64,000 bases of DNA from Phycisphaerae bacterium (GCA_018335035.1 JAGXKT010000003.1:14623-78622); one strand, 5' to 3'. Shown: positions 1 through 11,211, counted from the first letter of the stretch. The notes: generated by a model not told the origin, from the letters alone. Numbers and translations are program-made.

Positions 1-1332
1 GATCGGGCGGCGTTCTACCTGGCCAGGGCCCTGGCGCCGGGACCGGCGCGCGCCGCGCCCCCCGCTGACAAACGCCCCGACGCGCCGGATCGCGTGCGCA
101 GTCCCTTTGCCGTCACGTCCGTCGCCGCGCGCGACCTCGCGGAACACCCGGACCTGCAGCGCTACCGCGTGATCGTCCTGGCCGACGTGCCCGCGCTGCC
201 GGAGGCGGCCGCCGGGCGCCTGGGCGACTATGTCGCGGCCGGCGGCGGCCTGCTGATCGCCGCCGGAACCGATGCCGACCCGGCCTTCTACAATCACTGG
301 TCCACGCCGGACGGGATGCGCGTCGCGCCGGCCAAGCTCGCCGACGAGCGGCGTGTCTGCCCGGAGCCGCCGGGACTGGCGCCGGAGACGCTGACGCTTC
401 CGGGAATGACGCGGCTGGTGGCCCATGGCGACAGCGAGGTCGACGCCGTGTCCGTCGAGGCGTATCGTCCGCTGACGACGTTCGGCAACGCGCCGCTCGA
501 AGCGTACGGGTCGCTGACGAACGACGACGCGATTCTCGCCGGCGGGCGCTGCGGGCGAGGCGCCGTGCTGATGCTGCCCGTCGGCTTCGACGTCGCGGAG
601 ACGAACTGGCAGCGGACGTATTTCTTCGTGCCTTTCGTGCACGAATGCGCGCATCACCTGGCCGAAACGTCCGGAGCAAACTGGAACGTCCGCCCGGGCA
701 ACACGGTGACGCTGCCGCTGCCGGCCGGAACGAAAACCGCGGACGCCAGGGGCATCACCGTGGTCCGCATCCGGCGCGACCCCGACGGCGCCGAAACGTC
801 CGCCGGGCCGCCGATGCCTGTGGAGGTCGCGCAAGACGCGCGCCACGGCCCAGCCGTCCGCTTCGCGCGGACGAGCGAGCCGGGGCTCTATCGTTTCCGC
901 CTGCCCGAGCCGCTCGCGGCCGCTTGGGAGCACGCGCCTGCCGCCCGGACGAGCGTGCCATTCGTCGTCACGCGCGACCCGCGGGAAAGCCATCTCGCCT
1001 GGCTTCTTCCGGCCGACATGGCCAAAGTCGCCGGCTACCTGGACGCGTCCGGCGTGCGCCTCGACCGCGCCGGCGACGTCGAACAACTCGAAGCGATGGT
1101 CGCCGGGCGGATTCCGGGCGGTCCTCTGTGGGCGTACTTCGCCCTCGGCGCCCTGGCGGCGCTGATCGGCGAGATCGCCCTGACGCGATGGATCGCCGCC
1201 CAGCGGCGCAGCCATACCGTCGAGCCCGTCGCGTTCGGCGCGACCGACGACGACGCCCGCTCGTACCGGGCGCGCGCCAAGGCGATGGTCTCGCTTCCGG
1301 ACGCGTCGCATCAGCACACGGGACACGCCTGA
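1..1332 (+). CDS. BatA/vWA-associated membrane protein, C-terminal part (5' truncated by window edge)
   Basis: Frame is open from base 1 (DRAAFYLARALAP...). GATase-like segment VIVLADV...YVAAGGGLLI, DPRES motif, C-terminal TM 'LWAYFALGALAALIGEIAL', typical of planctomycete MoxR/vWA operons. Confidence 0.7.
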   Translation, partial: DRAAFYLARALAPGPARAAPPADKRPDAPDRVRSPFAVTSVAARDLAEHPDLQRYRVIVLADVPALPEAAAGRLGDYVAAGGGLLIAAGTDADPAFYNHWSTPDGMRVAPAKLADERRVCPEPPGLAPETLTLPGMTRLVAHGDSEVDAVSVEAYRPLTTFGNAPLEAYGSLTNDDAILAGGRCGRGAVLMLPVGFDVAETNWQRTYFFVPFVHECAHHLAETSGANWNVRPGNTVTLPLPAGTKTADARGITVVRIRRDPDGAETSAGPPMPVEVAQDARHGPAVRFARTSEPGLYRFRLPEPLAAAWEHAPAARTSVPFVVTRDPRESHLAWLLPADMAKVAGYLDASGVRLDRAGDVEQLEAMVAGRIPGGPLWAYFALGALAALIGEIALTRWIAAQRRSHTVEPVAFGATDDDARSYRARAKAMVSLPDASHQHTGHA

Positions 1333-4300
1333 ATGCTCAGCGTTTCCGAACATTACCGCCTGTCTGCCGCCGCGCCCGGCTGGGCGCTGTGGCTTGTCGC
1401 GCTCGCGGCCGGCGCGGCGTGGTTCGCCGCACACCGCTTTGTGCCGCGGCCCGCCCGGCGGTGGGCGCGGGTGGCGATCGCGCTGGGGCGCGTCGGCGTC
1501 GGCTTCGCGGCGTTGCTGGTGCTGTGGCAGGCGGCGATGCGATCGGTACTGCTGACGACGAACTGGCCGCTGTGGATTCCCGCGCTGCTCGGCGCCGTCG
1601 GCATCGAGGCGGTCGCGGCGCTATACGGCCTGGAGCGACGGACGGTCTCGCCACGAACGGGATGCGCCCTGGCGGCGCTGCGGATCGTACTGGTCGGATT
1701 GCTCGTCGGCATGCTCACCCAGCCGGTGCACTCGATCAGCCGTTCGGAGAAGCACCAGCGCTCGGTCTGCATCCTGCTGGACGCCTCGGGCTCGATGGCG
1801 CTGAGCGACCCGCAGCTATCCAACGTGGCGAAGCTTCGGCTGGCCGCCACGCTCAACGTGCCCGGCGTCCCGCCGCCCGATCCGGTGGACCGCGCGGCCG
1901 GGCGATTGGCCGACGCGGCCGGCGCGCTGAGTCCGTGGGACCTGCGCCTCGCCGCGGTGGACGACGCGCCGCCCGAGACGCGCCGCCAGCGCCTGGACGC
2001 GTTGCGCCGGACGCTGCACGAAACCGTCACGGCCGCCAGCGAAGCGCTCGCATCCGTTCGTGCCGCGCTGACCGAGCCGCCCGGCGCCGTTGGCGGCGCC
2101 GATCTGGCGGCCGCGCGCGCCGACATCGACGCCGCCGTCAATCGGCTCACGTCGGTCGGCGCGCTGACCGCGCCGAACCGCGCGGCCGACCTGGAGGCCG
2201 ACGCCGCAACGCTGCGCCGTCGGCTTGCCCGGGCGGTCGGCAAGCTTTCGGGAGCTGCGGATCGTGCCCACGCCGCCGCCGACGCGCGAGGCGCGGCGGC
2301 CTGGGCGCGGCTCGACGACGCGACGCGGAAACGCGTGGAGGCCGTTGGGCAACGCAGCCGCTTCGACCTCGCGCGGCACGCGCTGCTGGCGCCGGGGCGC
2401 CTGAGCGAGCAGGACGAGCCGGTCGGCCTGCTGCAGCGCCTGGAGGACAAGGGCTACGACGTCCGCGTCCGCACATTCGCCCGGGATCTGCAGACGGTCG
2501 ACGCCTCCGACTGGACGCGCGCCTACGGCGGTTGGGACTCGGCGCTGCCCGCGCTGGAGGCGACGGATCCGGCTCGCCGGACCACGCGCGGCGGTGCGGC
2601 GCTGGACGAACTGGCCGCGCGCCGCACGATCGACACGCCTCTGGCGCGCGTGTTCCTGCTCTCGGACGGGCGCTTCACGGATGCCGAAAGCGGCCTGGCC
2701 GCGCAGGCCGCACAACGCCTCGGCGACCGCGGCGTCCCGGTCGACACGGTGCTATTCGGCTGCCGGCGCCCGCCGACGGACGCGTCGGTCCTGAGCGTCG
2801 ACGCGCCGCAGACGGCCTACGCCGGCGACACGATCGCGTTTCGCGTCCGCGTGCAGTTCAGCGGGCTGGGGGGGCATCGCGCGCGACTCGTCCTCCGCCC
2901 CGACGCCGGCGACGGCACGCCGCTTGTGGAGACCATCCGCATCCCGAACGAGCCGGACGTGTGCTCCGTCACGACGGAGCTGACGCAGGACGAGACGGAC
3001 ACCCTCGGGCTATACACCGGCACGGTCGAGGTGGGCCGGCCCCATCCCGACGACGACCACGCTGTGGCGGGCTTCGACGGCGAGGCCGTCGCCGACAACA
3101 ACGCCCTTCCGGTGGCGGTCCGCATCACGGACGACCGGACGAAGATGCTTCTGGTCGACAGCCGCCCGCGCTGGGAGTATCGCTACCTCAAGAATCTTTT
3201 CGACGGCCGGGACCGCAGCGTGCAGCTCCAGCACGTGCTGCTCCAGCCGGACCGCATCGCCGGCATCGAGCGCGACAGGCACGTCGCGGCCTCGGCGTCG
3301 CGAGCGTACGAGCGCAGCGAGGCCACCGCCCTACCGGGACACGCCAAGGCCTTCGCCGACGATGACGAGGCGTTCTTCGACGAATGGCTGGCGTTCGACG
3401 TCGTCGTCCTCGGCGACGTCGGGCGCGAGATGCTCACCAATCGCGACATCGAAGCGATCCGGCGCTTCGTCGCCGACCGCGGCGGCTCGCTGGTGGTCAT
3501 CGCCGGGCCGCATCACATGCCCTCGGAGTTCGCCGATACGCCCCTGGGCGCGATGCTGCCCGCGACCTGCGCCGAGGCCGGCGACAACGCCGCAGGCGGC
3601 GCCGGGGGGGCGTTTCGCATCGCCCTGACCGACGCCGGGCGGCGTCACGCAGCGACGCGACTGCTCGATGACACCGGCGACAACGCCGACTACTGGCGGC
3701 AGTCGGTGCCGCCGATCCACTGGCGCCGTCCGGTCGCGACGCTGCGCCCGGCCGCGAAAGTGCTCGCCTACGCCGTGGGGCCCGAGCCGCCCGGCTACGT
3801 CACCGCCGCGCGCGACACGCTCGACGCCGACGCGCTCGCCAGGCGACACACATACGCCGAGAAGAACGCGCTGCTGGCCGTGCAGAACTACTCCCGCGGG
3901 CGCGTGCTCATGCTCACGTTCGACCGCACGTGGCGCCTGCGCTACCGCGCGGGCGACACGTACCACCACCGCTTCTGGGGGCAGGTGCTGCGCTGGGCGA
4001 CGGCCGAAAAACTCCCCGTCGGCACGCGCACCGTCCGCCTCGGGACGGGACGCAACCGGTATGTCGCGGGCGAGCCGGTCCGCGTGCGCTGCATGGTGCT
4101 GCACGAGACGCTGCGCCCGCTCGACGCGCAGGAGCAGGTCGCGATGACGGTCCGCAAGGACGGACGCCCCGTCGCGGAGGTGACGATGCGTCCGTCGCAG
4201 ACGGGATTCGGGCAGTACGAGGCCGAGCTGCCAAACGTGACGCAACAGAACGGAACGGGCACGTACGAGCTGAGGTTCAACCCGCAGGACTGCTCGCCGA

Positions 4301-4623
4301 TCGTGCGCGAGATTCTCGCGTCGCAGGACGCCGGGGCCGACGGGCTGGTCGCCCGGTTCCACGTCGGGCGCAACGTCACGGCCGAGCAGCGGCACCTCTC
4401 GTCCGAGCCGGCGACGCTGCGCCGCTGCGCCCGTCGCAGCGGCGGCAGTCAGCGCCGTCCGCAGGACCTGGCCCGCGCCGTGGCGGGGATGGAACCGGGT
4501 ACGGAACTCCGCGGCCGGCCGCCGCGCGAGGTGCCGCTGTGGAGCTGGTGGCCGCTGTTGGCGGTCTTCCTGGCGGCCGCTACCGCCGAATGGGCGCTGC
4601 GCAAGAGGGCCGGACTGGCATGA
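1333..4623 (+). CDS. vWA + class I glutamine-amidotransferase-like membrane protein
   Basis: N-terminal TMs, MIDAS LLDASGSM...LLSDG, 'PRWEYRYLKN', 'FDVVVLGDV', 'TWRLR...HHRFWGQVLRW', C-terminal 'EWALRKRAGLA'. Confidence 0.8.
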   Translation: MLSVSEHYRLSAAAPGWALWLVALAAGAAWFAAHRFVPRPARRWARVAIALGRVGVGFAALLVLWQAAMRSVLLTTNWPLWIPALLGAVGIEAVAALYGLERRTVSPRTGCALAALRIVLVGLLVGMLTQPVHSISRSEKHQRSVCILLDASGSMALSDPQLSNVAKLRLAATLNVPGVPPPDPVDRAAGRLADAAGALSPWDLRLAAVDDAPPETRRQRLDALRRTLHETVTAASEALASVRAALTEPPGAVGGADLAAARADIDAAVNRLTSVGALTAPNRAADLEADAATLRRRLARAVGKLSGAADRAHAAADARGAAAWARLDDATRKRVEAVGQRSRFDLARHALLAPGRLSEQDEPVGLLQRLEDKGYDVRVRTFARDLQTVDASDWTRAYGGWDSALPALEATDPARRTTRGGAALDELAARRTIDTPLARVFLLSDGRFTDAESGLAAQAAQRLGDRGVPVDTVLFGCRRPPTDASVLSVDAPQTAYAGDTIAFRVRVQFSGLGGHRARLVLRPDAGDGTPLVETIRIPNEPDVCSVTTELTQDETDTLGLYTGTVEVGRPHPDDDHAVAGFDGEAVADNNALPVAVRITDDRTKMLLVDSRPRWEYRYLKNLFDGRDRSVQLQHVLLQPDRIAGIERDRHVAASASRAYERSEATALPGHAKAFADDDEAFFDEWLAFDVVVLGDVGREMLTNRDIEAIRRFVADRGGSLVVIAGPHHMPSEFADTPLGAMLPATCAEAGDNAAGGAGGAFRIALTDAGRRHAATRLLDDTGDNADYWRQSVPPIHWRRPVATLRPAAKVLAYAVGPEPPGYVTAARDTLDADALARRHTYAEKNALLAVQNYSRGRVLMLTFDRTWRLRYRAGDTYHHRFWGQVLRWATAEKLPVGTRTVRLGTGRNRYVAGEPVRVRCMVLHETLRPLDAQEQVAMTVRKDGRPVAEVTMRPSQTGFGQYEAELPNVTQQNGTGTYELRFNPQDCSPIVREILASQDAGADGLVARFHVGRNVTAEQRHLSSEPATLRRCARRSGGSQRRPQDLARAVAGMEPGTELRGRPPREVPLWSWWPLLAVFLAAATAEWALRKRAGLA

Positions 4624-4669
4624 GACGCCTGGCGAACACGCCCGCGGGCGACAGCGGGAGGCCGAAACC

Positions 4670-7600
4670 ATGACGCGTATGCTTCACGGACAAGCCGAGT
4701 CGACCGTCCCCGAACCGATCGTTCAGACGCTCAAGGGCGTCATCTGGCGAACGCGGCGGGTCATCGCACTGCGCGGCTTGGCCGCGACCGTCGCAACGGC
4801 GCTGCTGTCGTTGCTGGTCATCATGGCCATCGACCGCTGGGTGGTGATCTTCGCGAGCTGGCCGCGCTGGTTGCTGCTGTTCTCCGCGCTGGGGGCCACG
4901 GCGGTGGCGGCGTTCTGGTTTCTCATCCACCCGCTGGCCAGGTCGTTTACGCTTTCGGGCATTGCCCGCGCCGTCGAGCAGCGGCACCCGGAGCTCCAAG
5001 AGCGTCTCAGTTCGGCTGTAGAACTGCTGTCGAGCACCGACGCGCCCGAGCTTCGCGGCTCGGAGGCACTGATCCGCGCCCTGGTCGGCGAGGCCGAACT
5101 CGGCGTGCGGGCCGTTCGCCCCAATCGCGAGGTGACGCTCCGCGCCGCGATGCCGTTCCTCATCCTCGCCGGGGGCGTCATCGCCGTTCTGGTCGGGCTG
5201 ACGATCGCCTGGCCGCGCGACACGCTGCGCCAACTCGCCCGCGCCGCCGGACCGTGGATGAACCTCGCCCACGTCTCCGGCGACGACATCCGCGTGACCG
5301 TCACCGGCGACGCCGCACGCACGCTCGACGGCGACGGCACACGGCACGCCCTGCTGAGCGGCCGGCGGCTGGGCATCCGCGCGGCGGTGGACAACACCGC
5401 CGTCCGGTCGGCGGAGGTCCACTTCGCGCGCGATCCGGACGGCGACCGGACCACCGTGGCGATGACGCCCGCCGGCGGCGACGCCGGAACGCGGCGGTTC
5501 ACGTACGCCGGAGTGCCGTTTGATCGCGGCACCTACCGTTTCGCCATCCGCGCCGGCGACGCCGGCACCGCCTGGCATCGGGTCACGGTGGTCGAGCCGC
5601 CGGCGGTGGCGGAAACGGCCGTGCAGTTCACCTACCCGGCGTACATGCACCGTTCGCCGGAGACGATCGTCGCCCCGCCCGGCGCGGCGCTGGAGACCTG
5701 GGCCGACACGCACGTGACCGTTATCGCGCGGGCCAACAAGCCCCTCCGTTCGGTAGCGGCCACGCTCAACGACTCGCCGCTGGACATCCGCCCGGGCGGG
5801 GGCACCACGTATCGCTTCGCGCGGCACTTGGCCGGCGCGACGGACCGGCGCTGGCGGCTGCGCCTGACCGACGCGTACGGCTTCTCCGCCGACGTTCCGG
5901 CAACCGTTCTGCGCGTGCGGGTCGACGAGCCGCCAACGATCGGGCTGTCGCCGGCACACGCCGATCTGGTCGACCGGGCCGATGACCGCACGCTGCGCGT
6001 CCGCCCGGGCGACGCGGTCCCGTTCGTCCACCGCGCCAGCGACGACGTCGCCCTGCGGCGGGTACGGTTGACGGTGTCGCCCGCCGACCGCGACGAGCCG
6101 ATCGTGCCGCGCGCGTGGCGCTTCGCACCGGGTGACCGCACACGCCGGCACGCGGGGCGCTACGTGCTGGATCTCGCCGCGCCGGCGCTACGCGACGCGT
6201 CGCGCGTCACGGTCGCCGTCCACGCCGCGGACGGCAAAACCGCCGACCCCGCCACCGGCCGCGAGGCCAACCCGGAGACGACCGAACGGTACACTGTGCT
6301 CGTCGACCGCGGCATCGAGGCCTCCTACGCCGCGCGCATCGCCGACAGCGAGGAACTGCGCTTGCGCAAGGTCCTCCGGGAGATCCTGAAGCTTCTCAAG
6401 GACGCTCGCGAAGATTCGAAAACACTTTTCGAGCGGCTTCCGAAGGCACGCGCTTCGGCCGCCGAGTTGCCCGACGACGTCACGCGGCGTGTCGACGCCG
6501 TCGCGGGCACGCTCGCCGACGCCCGCGCCAAAACGCTCGGCGCCGCCGGGCTGCCGATGGTATCGGGCACGTATCCCGTCATCGCCAGGCGGCTTCGCGC
6601 GATCGCGCGCGATCACGTCGGCCGGGCCGAGGCGCTGTCGCGCCAAATCCTCCTGACAGACGGCAGCGACGCCCGACTCGGTTTGGCCAGGGACGCGGAC
6701 TTCAAGATCAACAAGGCCATCGAGGAACTCACCGACATCCTCGAGCAGCTTCACGCCCTGGTGGCAACCGTCGCCGAGGCGCGCCGACTCGAAGACCTCG
6801 ATACCCGCCAGGCCTGGCTGGCCGAAGCGCTCGAGCAGATCGGCTCGGCCGGCGAGCCGAGGCACGCCCTGTCCCACGACGATTGGCAACGGATGCAACA
6901 CGCCCTCGCCAGGGACCTCGGCGCGATGGTCCGCCGGCGCCCCGAGGCGCTGCAGACCACCCTGACCGAGCGCACCGACGCCGCACGCGACCTCGCCGCC
7001 GAGGCGGCCGCGCTGCAGAAGCGACAGGAAGCCCTGGCCAAGCAAACCGAGCGGCTGGAGGATATCCGGCGGCGGGAGGACGCGGCCGGCGAGCAGCACG
7101 ACCTGGCGGACGAACGGCGCGACCTCCTGGACGAACAACGCGCGAAGCTACTCGAGGCGCAGCGACAACTCGCCAATAGCGTCTTAGAGGTGGCCGACCA
7201 ACTCGCCCGCGCGGCGCCGCAGCCGGACCGCATGCCGCTTCAGGCCGCTCGGGCCGCCGACGAAGCGGCCGCCGCCCTGGCGGGTAATCAACGGCGCCGC
7301 GCCGCCGCGGCCGCACAACGAGCCGCCGAGGCACTCGGCCAACTCGCCGGGCAGTCGTCCGGCAGCGCCGCCTCAGAGCCGCCGCGGCGCCTGCCGCGGG
7401 ACATGCAGGCCGAGACCGCGGCGCTCCACCAGCGGCAGCAGGCGCTGGCCGAGCAACTCAACGCCCTGGCCGGGGCAAATCCGGCTGCGGCAGCGGCGGC
7501 TCAGCAGCAGGACGTCGCCGCTCGTGCGGCGGAGCTCGCCGACGCAGCCGCGCTGATCCGCGATCAGGCCGAGGCACTCGGCTTGACCGGCGCGACGCAG

Positions 7601-8296
7601 CGGTTGGCCAACCAGGCGGCGGCGCATGCCGCGCAAGCGCGGCAATCGGCAGGCGCAGCGGCGCAGCAGGCCGTCAGCGAGTCCGGGCAGGCGGGTCGGT
7701 CGCCCGGTCAAGCCGGCGAGCAAGCCGGTGCGCAGCAAGGCGCACCGGGTGCGGGGCAGCCCACGTCGGGCCTGCAGCGCCGCGCCGCCGAGCAAATGGG
7801 CCGCACCGCGCAGGCGCTGAGCGAACTCGGGCAGGCGCTGGCCGAGGCGGACCCGGCATCCGAGAGCCCGCCGCCGGCACTGGTCGACGCCGGCGAACTG
7901 GCCGAGTCGTTCGAGCGGGCCTCGACCGCCGGCGAGACGGCGTTGCCGTCGGATGCCGCCGCGGCAGCGGCGATGCTGTCGCAACTGGCGGCGTCCGCGT
8001 CGCAGTCGGCCCAGGCGATGGGCCTGGCGCCCGGCTCGCTGAGACGCAGCCCAATGCACCCCCCGCCCGGCGGGCAGGGCACGGGCGTGGGGCGCCAGCG
8101 TGTCGACCATCGATTGCACGAGGCGCTGGATGAGGCGGCCGCGACGGACGAGCATTGGGCGCGGGTTCACGGGCGGCTGGGCGGCGACGTCCGCCAGCGC
8201 AGCGTCGGGCGCGGCGCGCGGCGCTATCGCGACCTGAACCGCGCGTATTTTGAGGCCATCGCCGACGAACGTTCCACGGACAGCAGCGAGGACTGA
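4670..8296 (+). CDS. large membrane-anchored Ig-like/coiled-coil protein (DUF4175-like)
   Basis: TMs, 'VEQRHPELQERLSSAVEL', 'YPAYM', 'ASDDVAL', long Q/A-rich coiled coil, C-terminal 'W..YRDLNRAYFEAIA'. Confidence 0.7.
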   Translation: MTRMLHGQAESTVPEPIVQTLKGVIWRTRRVIALRGLAATVATALLSLLVIMAIDRWVVIFASWPRWLLLFSALGATAVAAFWFLIHPLARSFTLSGIARAVEQRHPELQERLSSAVELLSSTDAPELRGSEALIRALVGEAELGVRAVRPNREVTLRAAMPFLILAGGVIAVLVGLTIAWPRDTLRQLARAAGPWMNLAHVSGDDIRVTVTGDAARTLDGDGTRHALLSGRRLGIRAAVDNTAVRSAEVHFARDPDGDRTTVAMTPAGGDAGTRRFTYAGVPFDRGTYRFAIRAGDAGTAWHRVTVVEPPAVAETAVQFTYPAYMHRSPETIVAPPGAALETWADTHVTVIARANKPLRSVAATLNDSPLDIRPGGGTTYRFARHLAGATDRRWRLRLTDAYGFSADVPATVLRVRVDEPPTIGLSPAHADLVDRADDRTLRVRPGDAVPFVHRASDDVALRRVRLTVSPADRDEPIVPRAWRFAPGDRTRRHAGRYVLDLAAPALRDASRVTVAVHAADGKTADPATGREANPETTERYTVLVDRGIEASYAARIADSEELRLRKVLREILKLLKDAREDSKTLFERLPKARASAAELPDDVTRRVDAVAGTLADARAKTLGAAGLPMVSGTYPVIARRLRAIARDHVGRAEALSRQILLTDGSDARLGLARDADFKINKAIEELTDILEQLHALVATVAEARRLEDLDTRQAWLAEALEQIGSAGEPRHALSHDDWQRMQHALARDLGAMVRRRPEALQTTLTERTDAARDLAAEAAALQKRQEALAKQTERLEDIRRREDAAGEQHDLADERRDLLDEQRAKLLEAQRQLANSVLEVADQLARAAPQPDRMPLQAARAADEAAAALAGNQRRRAAAAAQRAAEALGQLAGQSSGSAASEPPRRLPRDMQAETAALHQRQQALAEQLNALAGANPAAAAAAQQQDVAARAAELADAAALIRDQAEALGLTGATQRLANQAAAHAAQARQSAGAAAQQAVSESGQAGRSPGQAGEQAGAQQGAPGAGQPTSGLQRRAAEQMGRTAQALSELGQALAEADPASESPPPALVDAGELAESFERASTAGETALPSDAAAAAAMLSQLAASASQSAQAMGLAPGSLRRSPMHPPPGGQGTGVGRQRVDHRLHEALDEAAATDEHWARVHGRLGGDVRQRSVGRGARRYRDLNRAYFEAIADERSTDSSED

Positions 8297-8300
8297 CGCC

Positions 8301-9386
8301 ATGGACGCCACGACCATTTTCGGGTCCCGCCGCGCGGCGATCGTCGTGCTCTCGGCGTGCATCGCCGCCGGGGCAACGGGTCGCACCGCGTCGGCCGCTG
8401 ACGATGCCGAGACACTCCCCGCGTATCACAAGCAGGTTGACGCCGCAATCGACCGCGGGTTGACGTATCTGCTCAGCAAGCAGCAGGACAACGGCGCATT
8501 CGAATGTCCCATGGAGGGCAACACGGGTGTCACGAGCTTATGCGTGATGGCCCTTCTGGCCAAGGGCTACACGCCCGAGACGCCGCCTGCCGGCGAGGCA
8601 ATCAACCGGGCGATCGATTACGTCGTCTCGACGCAGGCGGACAACGGGATGCTGGTCGCGCCCAAGGGGGCCTCGCACGGGCCGATGTACAGCCATTGCA
8701 TCTCCGCGCTGATGCTCTCGGAGGTCTCCGGCATGGTCCGCCCCGAACGCCAGCGGCGCATCGACGCAGCGCTGGGAAAGGCCGTGGCGCTGATCCTTCA
8801 GGCCCAGCGGATCAAGAAGGACCGGCAGCACCAGGGCGGGTGGCGCTACCAGCCCCACAGCGAGGACAGCGACATCTCATGCACCGGCTGGGCGCTGATG
8901 ACGCTGCGCTCCGCGCGGAACAACGGCGCGCCCGTCCCCGTCGAGGCGATCGACGACGCCGTCGCGTACCTCCAGCGATGCCGCAACGAGGACACCGGCG
9001 CGTTCGGGTACATGCCGGGGCGGAAACACCGGCTCAGTTGCACCGGGACGGGGCTGCTGTGCCTCGAACTCGCCGGACGACACGGCACGAAGGCCACGAT
9101 CGCCGCCGGAAAGAACATTCTCGACCGCCTGCCCGACCAATGGGGCGGCAATCACTTCTACTACGGCATTTACTACTGTTCCCAGGGCATGTTCCAGCTC
9201 GGGGAGGCGTACTGGCAGCCGTACGCCCGATACCTGTACGCCGTCGCGCTGAAGACCCAGCGCGACAACGGCGCCTGGCCGAGCGAGAACGGTACGGCCG
9301 GGCGGGCGGGCAGAACCTATGCCACGGCGATGACGGTTCTGGCGTTGAGCGTGCCCTATCGGCAGTTGCCCATCTACCAGCGGTAG
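8301..9386 (+). CDS. prenyltransferase/squalene oxidase repeat protein, exported
   Basis: QW-type repeats (QQDNGAF, QADNGML, GGWRY, QRDNGAW), 'SDISCTGWALMTL', C-terminal LPIYQR. ATG at 8301 followed by a signal peptide. Confidence 0.85.
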   Translation: MDATTIFGSRRAAIVVLSACIAAGATGRTASAADDAETLPAYHKQVDAAIDRGLTYLLSKQQDNGAFECPMEGNTGVTSLCVMALLAKGYTPETPPAGEAINRAIDYVVSTQADNGMLVAPKGASHGPMYSHCISALMLSEVSGMVRPERQRRIDAALGKAVALILQAQRIKKDRQHQGGWRYQPHSEDSDISCTGWALMTLRSARNNGAPVPVEAIDDAVAYLQRCRNEDTGAFGYMPGRKHRLSCTGTGLLCLELAGRHGTKATIAAGKNILDRLPDQWGGNHFYYGIYYCSQGMFQLGEAYWQPYARYLYAVALKTQRDNGAWPSENGTAGRAGRTYATAMTVLALSVPYRQLPIYQR

Positions 9387-9399
9387 CGGCGCTGCCGGC

Positions 9400-10749
9400 T
9401 CAGCTCGAGAGCATCTCGCGCTCGATGTACGTGGTGTCCCACTGTCCGCCGCGGATGAAGCGGTCGTGCGAGAGAATCTCGCGACACAGCGGCGCGGTGG
9501 TCTTCGTCGGGTGGATGACGAATTCCTCCAGCGCCCGTCGTCCCGCGGCGATTGCCTCGGCGCGCGTCGGGGCGTGAACGATGAGCTTGCCGACCATGCT
9601 GTCGTACGTCGGCGGGATCTCGTAGCCCTGGTAGACGTGGGAATCCCAACGGACGCGCGGCCCGCCGGGCGCGACGAACGCCTCGATGCGTCCCGGGCTG
9701 GGACGGAAGTGATACTCGGGATCCTCGGCGTTGATCCGACACTCGATGCTGGCGCCGTTCAGTGCCACGTCGCGTTGCGCGAACCCGAGCGTCTCGCCGC
9801 TGGCGACGCGAAGCTGCCACTTGACGAGGTCCTCGCCGGTAATCATCTCCGTGACCGGGTGCTCGACCTGAATGCGCGTGTTGACCTCGAGGAAGTAGAA
9901 GTTCCCGTCGGCGTCGAGCATGAATTCGACCGTGCCGGCGTTATAGTAGCCGACCTCCTTGGCCAGCCGCACGGCCGCATTGCAGATCGCCTCCCGCAGG
10001 TTCGGGTCCAGCGCCGGGGCGGGCGCCTCCTCGACAAGCTTCTGCCGGCGGCGCTGCACCGAACACTCGCGCTCGAACAGATGCACGACGTTCCCGGACG
10101 TATCGCCGAGAATCTGCACCTCGATGTGGCGGAAATTCTCGATGCACTTTTCCATGTACAGGCGTCCGTCGGCGAAGGCGGCCTCGGCCTCGGCGCGGGC
10201 CTGCTCGAAGCTGCTCCGCAGCGTCGCCTCGTTGTGGGCCATGCGGATGCCCCGTCCGCCCCCGCCGGCCGCGGCCTTGAGCGTCACCGGGTAGCCCAGC
10301 CGGTCGGCGACCTCCACGGCCCGCTCAACGCTCTCGACGGCGCCGCCGCTGTCCGGCGCCAGGGGCACCTCGGCGGCGCGGGCCAGTTCCTTGGCGCGAA
10401 TCTTGTCGCCCAAAGCCCGCATGCTCTCGACGCTCGGGCCGATGAACTCGATGCGACAATCCCGGCAGACCTCCGCAAAATGCGCATTCTCGGCGAGGAA
10501 GCCGTAACCCGGGTGGATCGCCTCGACGTCGGCGATTTCCGCCGCGGCGATGATCCGCGCGATGTTGAGGTAGCTTTCGGACGCCGGCGCCTCGCCGATG
10601 CAGATGCGCTCGTCCGCGAGGTGAAGGTAGCTGGCGTCGCGGTCGGCCTCGGAGAAGACCGCCACCGTCTCGACGCCGCACTCGCGGCAGGCACGGATGA
10701 TTCGCAGGGCGACCTCGCCGCGGTTGGCGATCAGTACACGAGAGAACAT
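9400..10749 (-). CDS. accC: acetyl-CoA carboxylase biotin carboxylase
   Basis: [46 protein letters not shown]. Confidence 0.97.
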   Translation of the reverse strand: MFSRVLIANRGEVALRIIRACRECGVETVAVFSEADRDASYLHLADERICIGEAPASESYLNIARIIAAAEIADVEAIHPGYGFLAENAHFAEVCRDCRIEFIGPSVESMRALGDKIRAKELARAAEVPLAPDSGGAVESVERAVEVADRLGYPVTLKAAAGGGGRGIRMAHNEATLRSSFEQARAEAEAAFADGRLYMEKCIENFRHIEVQILGDTSGNVVHLFERECSVQRRRQKLVEEAPAPALDPNLREAICNAAVRLAKEVGYYNAGTVEFMLDADGNFYFLEVNTRIQVEHPVTEMITGEDLVKWQLRVASGETLGFAQRDVALNGASIECRINAEDPEYHFRPSPGRIEAFVAPGGPRVRWDSHVYQGYEIPPTYDSMVGKLIVHAPTRAEAIAAGRRALEEFVIHPTKTTAPLCREILSHDRFIRGGQWDTTYIEREMLSS

Positions 10750-10761
10750 GCACGCTCCTGG

Positions 10762-11211
10762 CTAGGCGGGGCGAACGCGGAAGATCACCTGCCCGTATTC
10801 CACGGCCTGGGCGTTGTCCACGCAGACCTCGGCGATCGTGCCGGAACACTCGGCCTTGATCTCGTTCATGACCTTCATCGCTTCGATGATGCACACGACC
10901 GTATCGTCGCTGACGGCGTCGCCGACCGAGACGTACGGATCGCTGTCCGGACTGGAGGCGGAGAAGAAGGTCCCGACCATCGGGCTGCGAATCTCCAGCA
11001 GGTTCTCCTCGGGCGCCTCGAAGCCCGCCTCGGGCGCCGAGGGCGCCGCGGGCGCTTCGGCGGCGGGCGGTGCCGATGGGGCCACGGCTATCCGCTCGAT
11101 CTCCGCGCCACGCTTCAGATGGACGCTTTGCTCCCCGTCGGCGATGTTCAGCTCGCGAAGGTCGTTGTCGACCATGAGCTTGACCAGCCGCCTGATCTCT
11201 TTGATGTCCAT
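10762..11211 (-). CDS. accB: biotin carboxyl carrier protein
   Basis: SPMVGTF and biotinylation motif EAMKVMNEI; adjacent to accC. Confidence 0.97.
   Translation of the reverse strand: MDIKEIRRLVKLMVDNDLRELNIADGEQSVHLKRGAEIERIAVAPSAPPAAEAPAAPSAPEAGFEAPEENLLEIRSPMVGTFFSASSPDSDPYVSVGDAVSDDTVVCIIEAMKVMNEIKAECSGTIAEVCVDNAQAVEYGQVIFRVRPA

Noticed and set aside
645-3365. 906-aa alternative-frame ORF and many other long R/A/G/P-rich ORFs (e.g. 47921-50449, 27250-29277, 34273-36048)
   Set aside because: Shadow ORFs expected at this GC content; they overlap well-supported genes and show no domain motifs.
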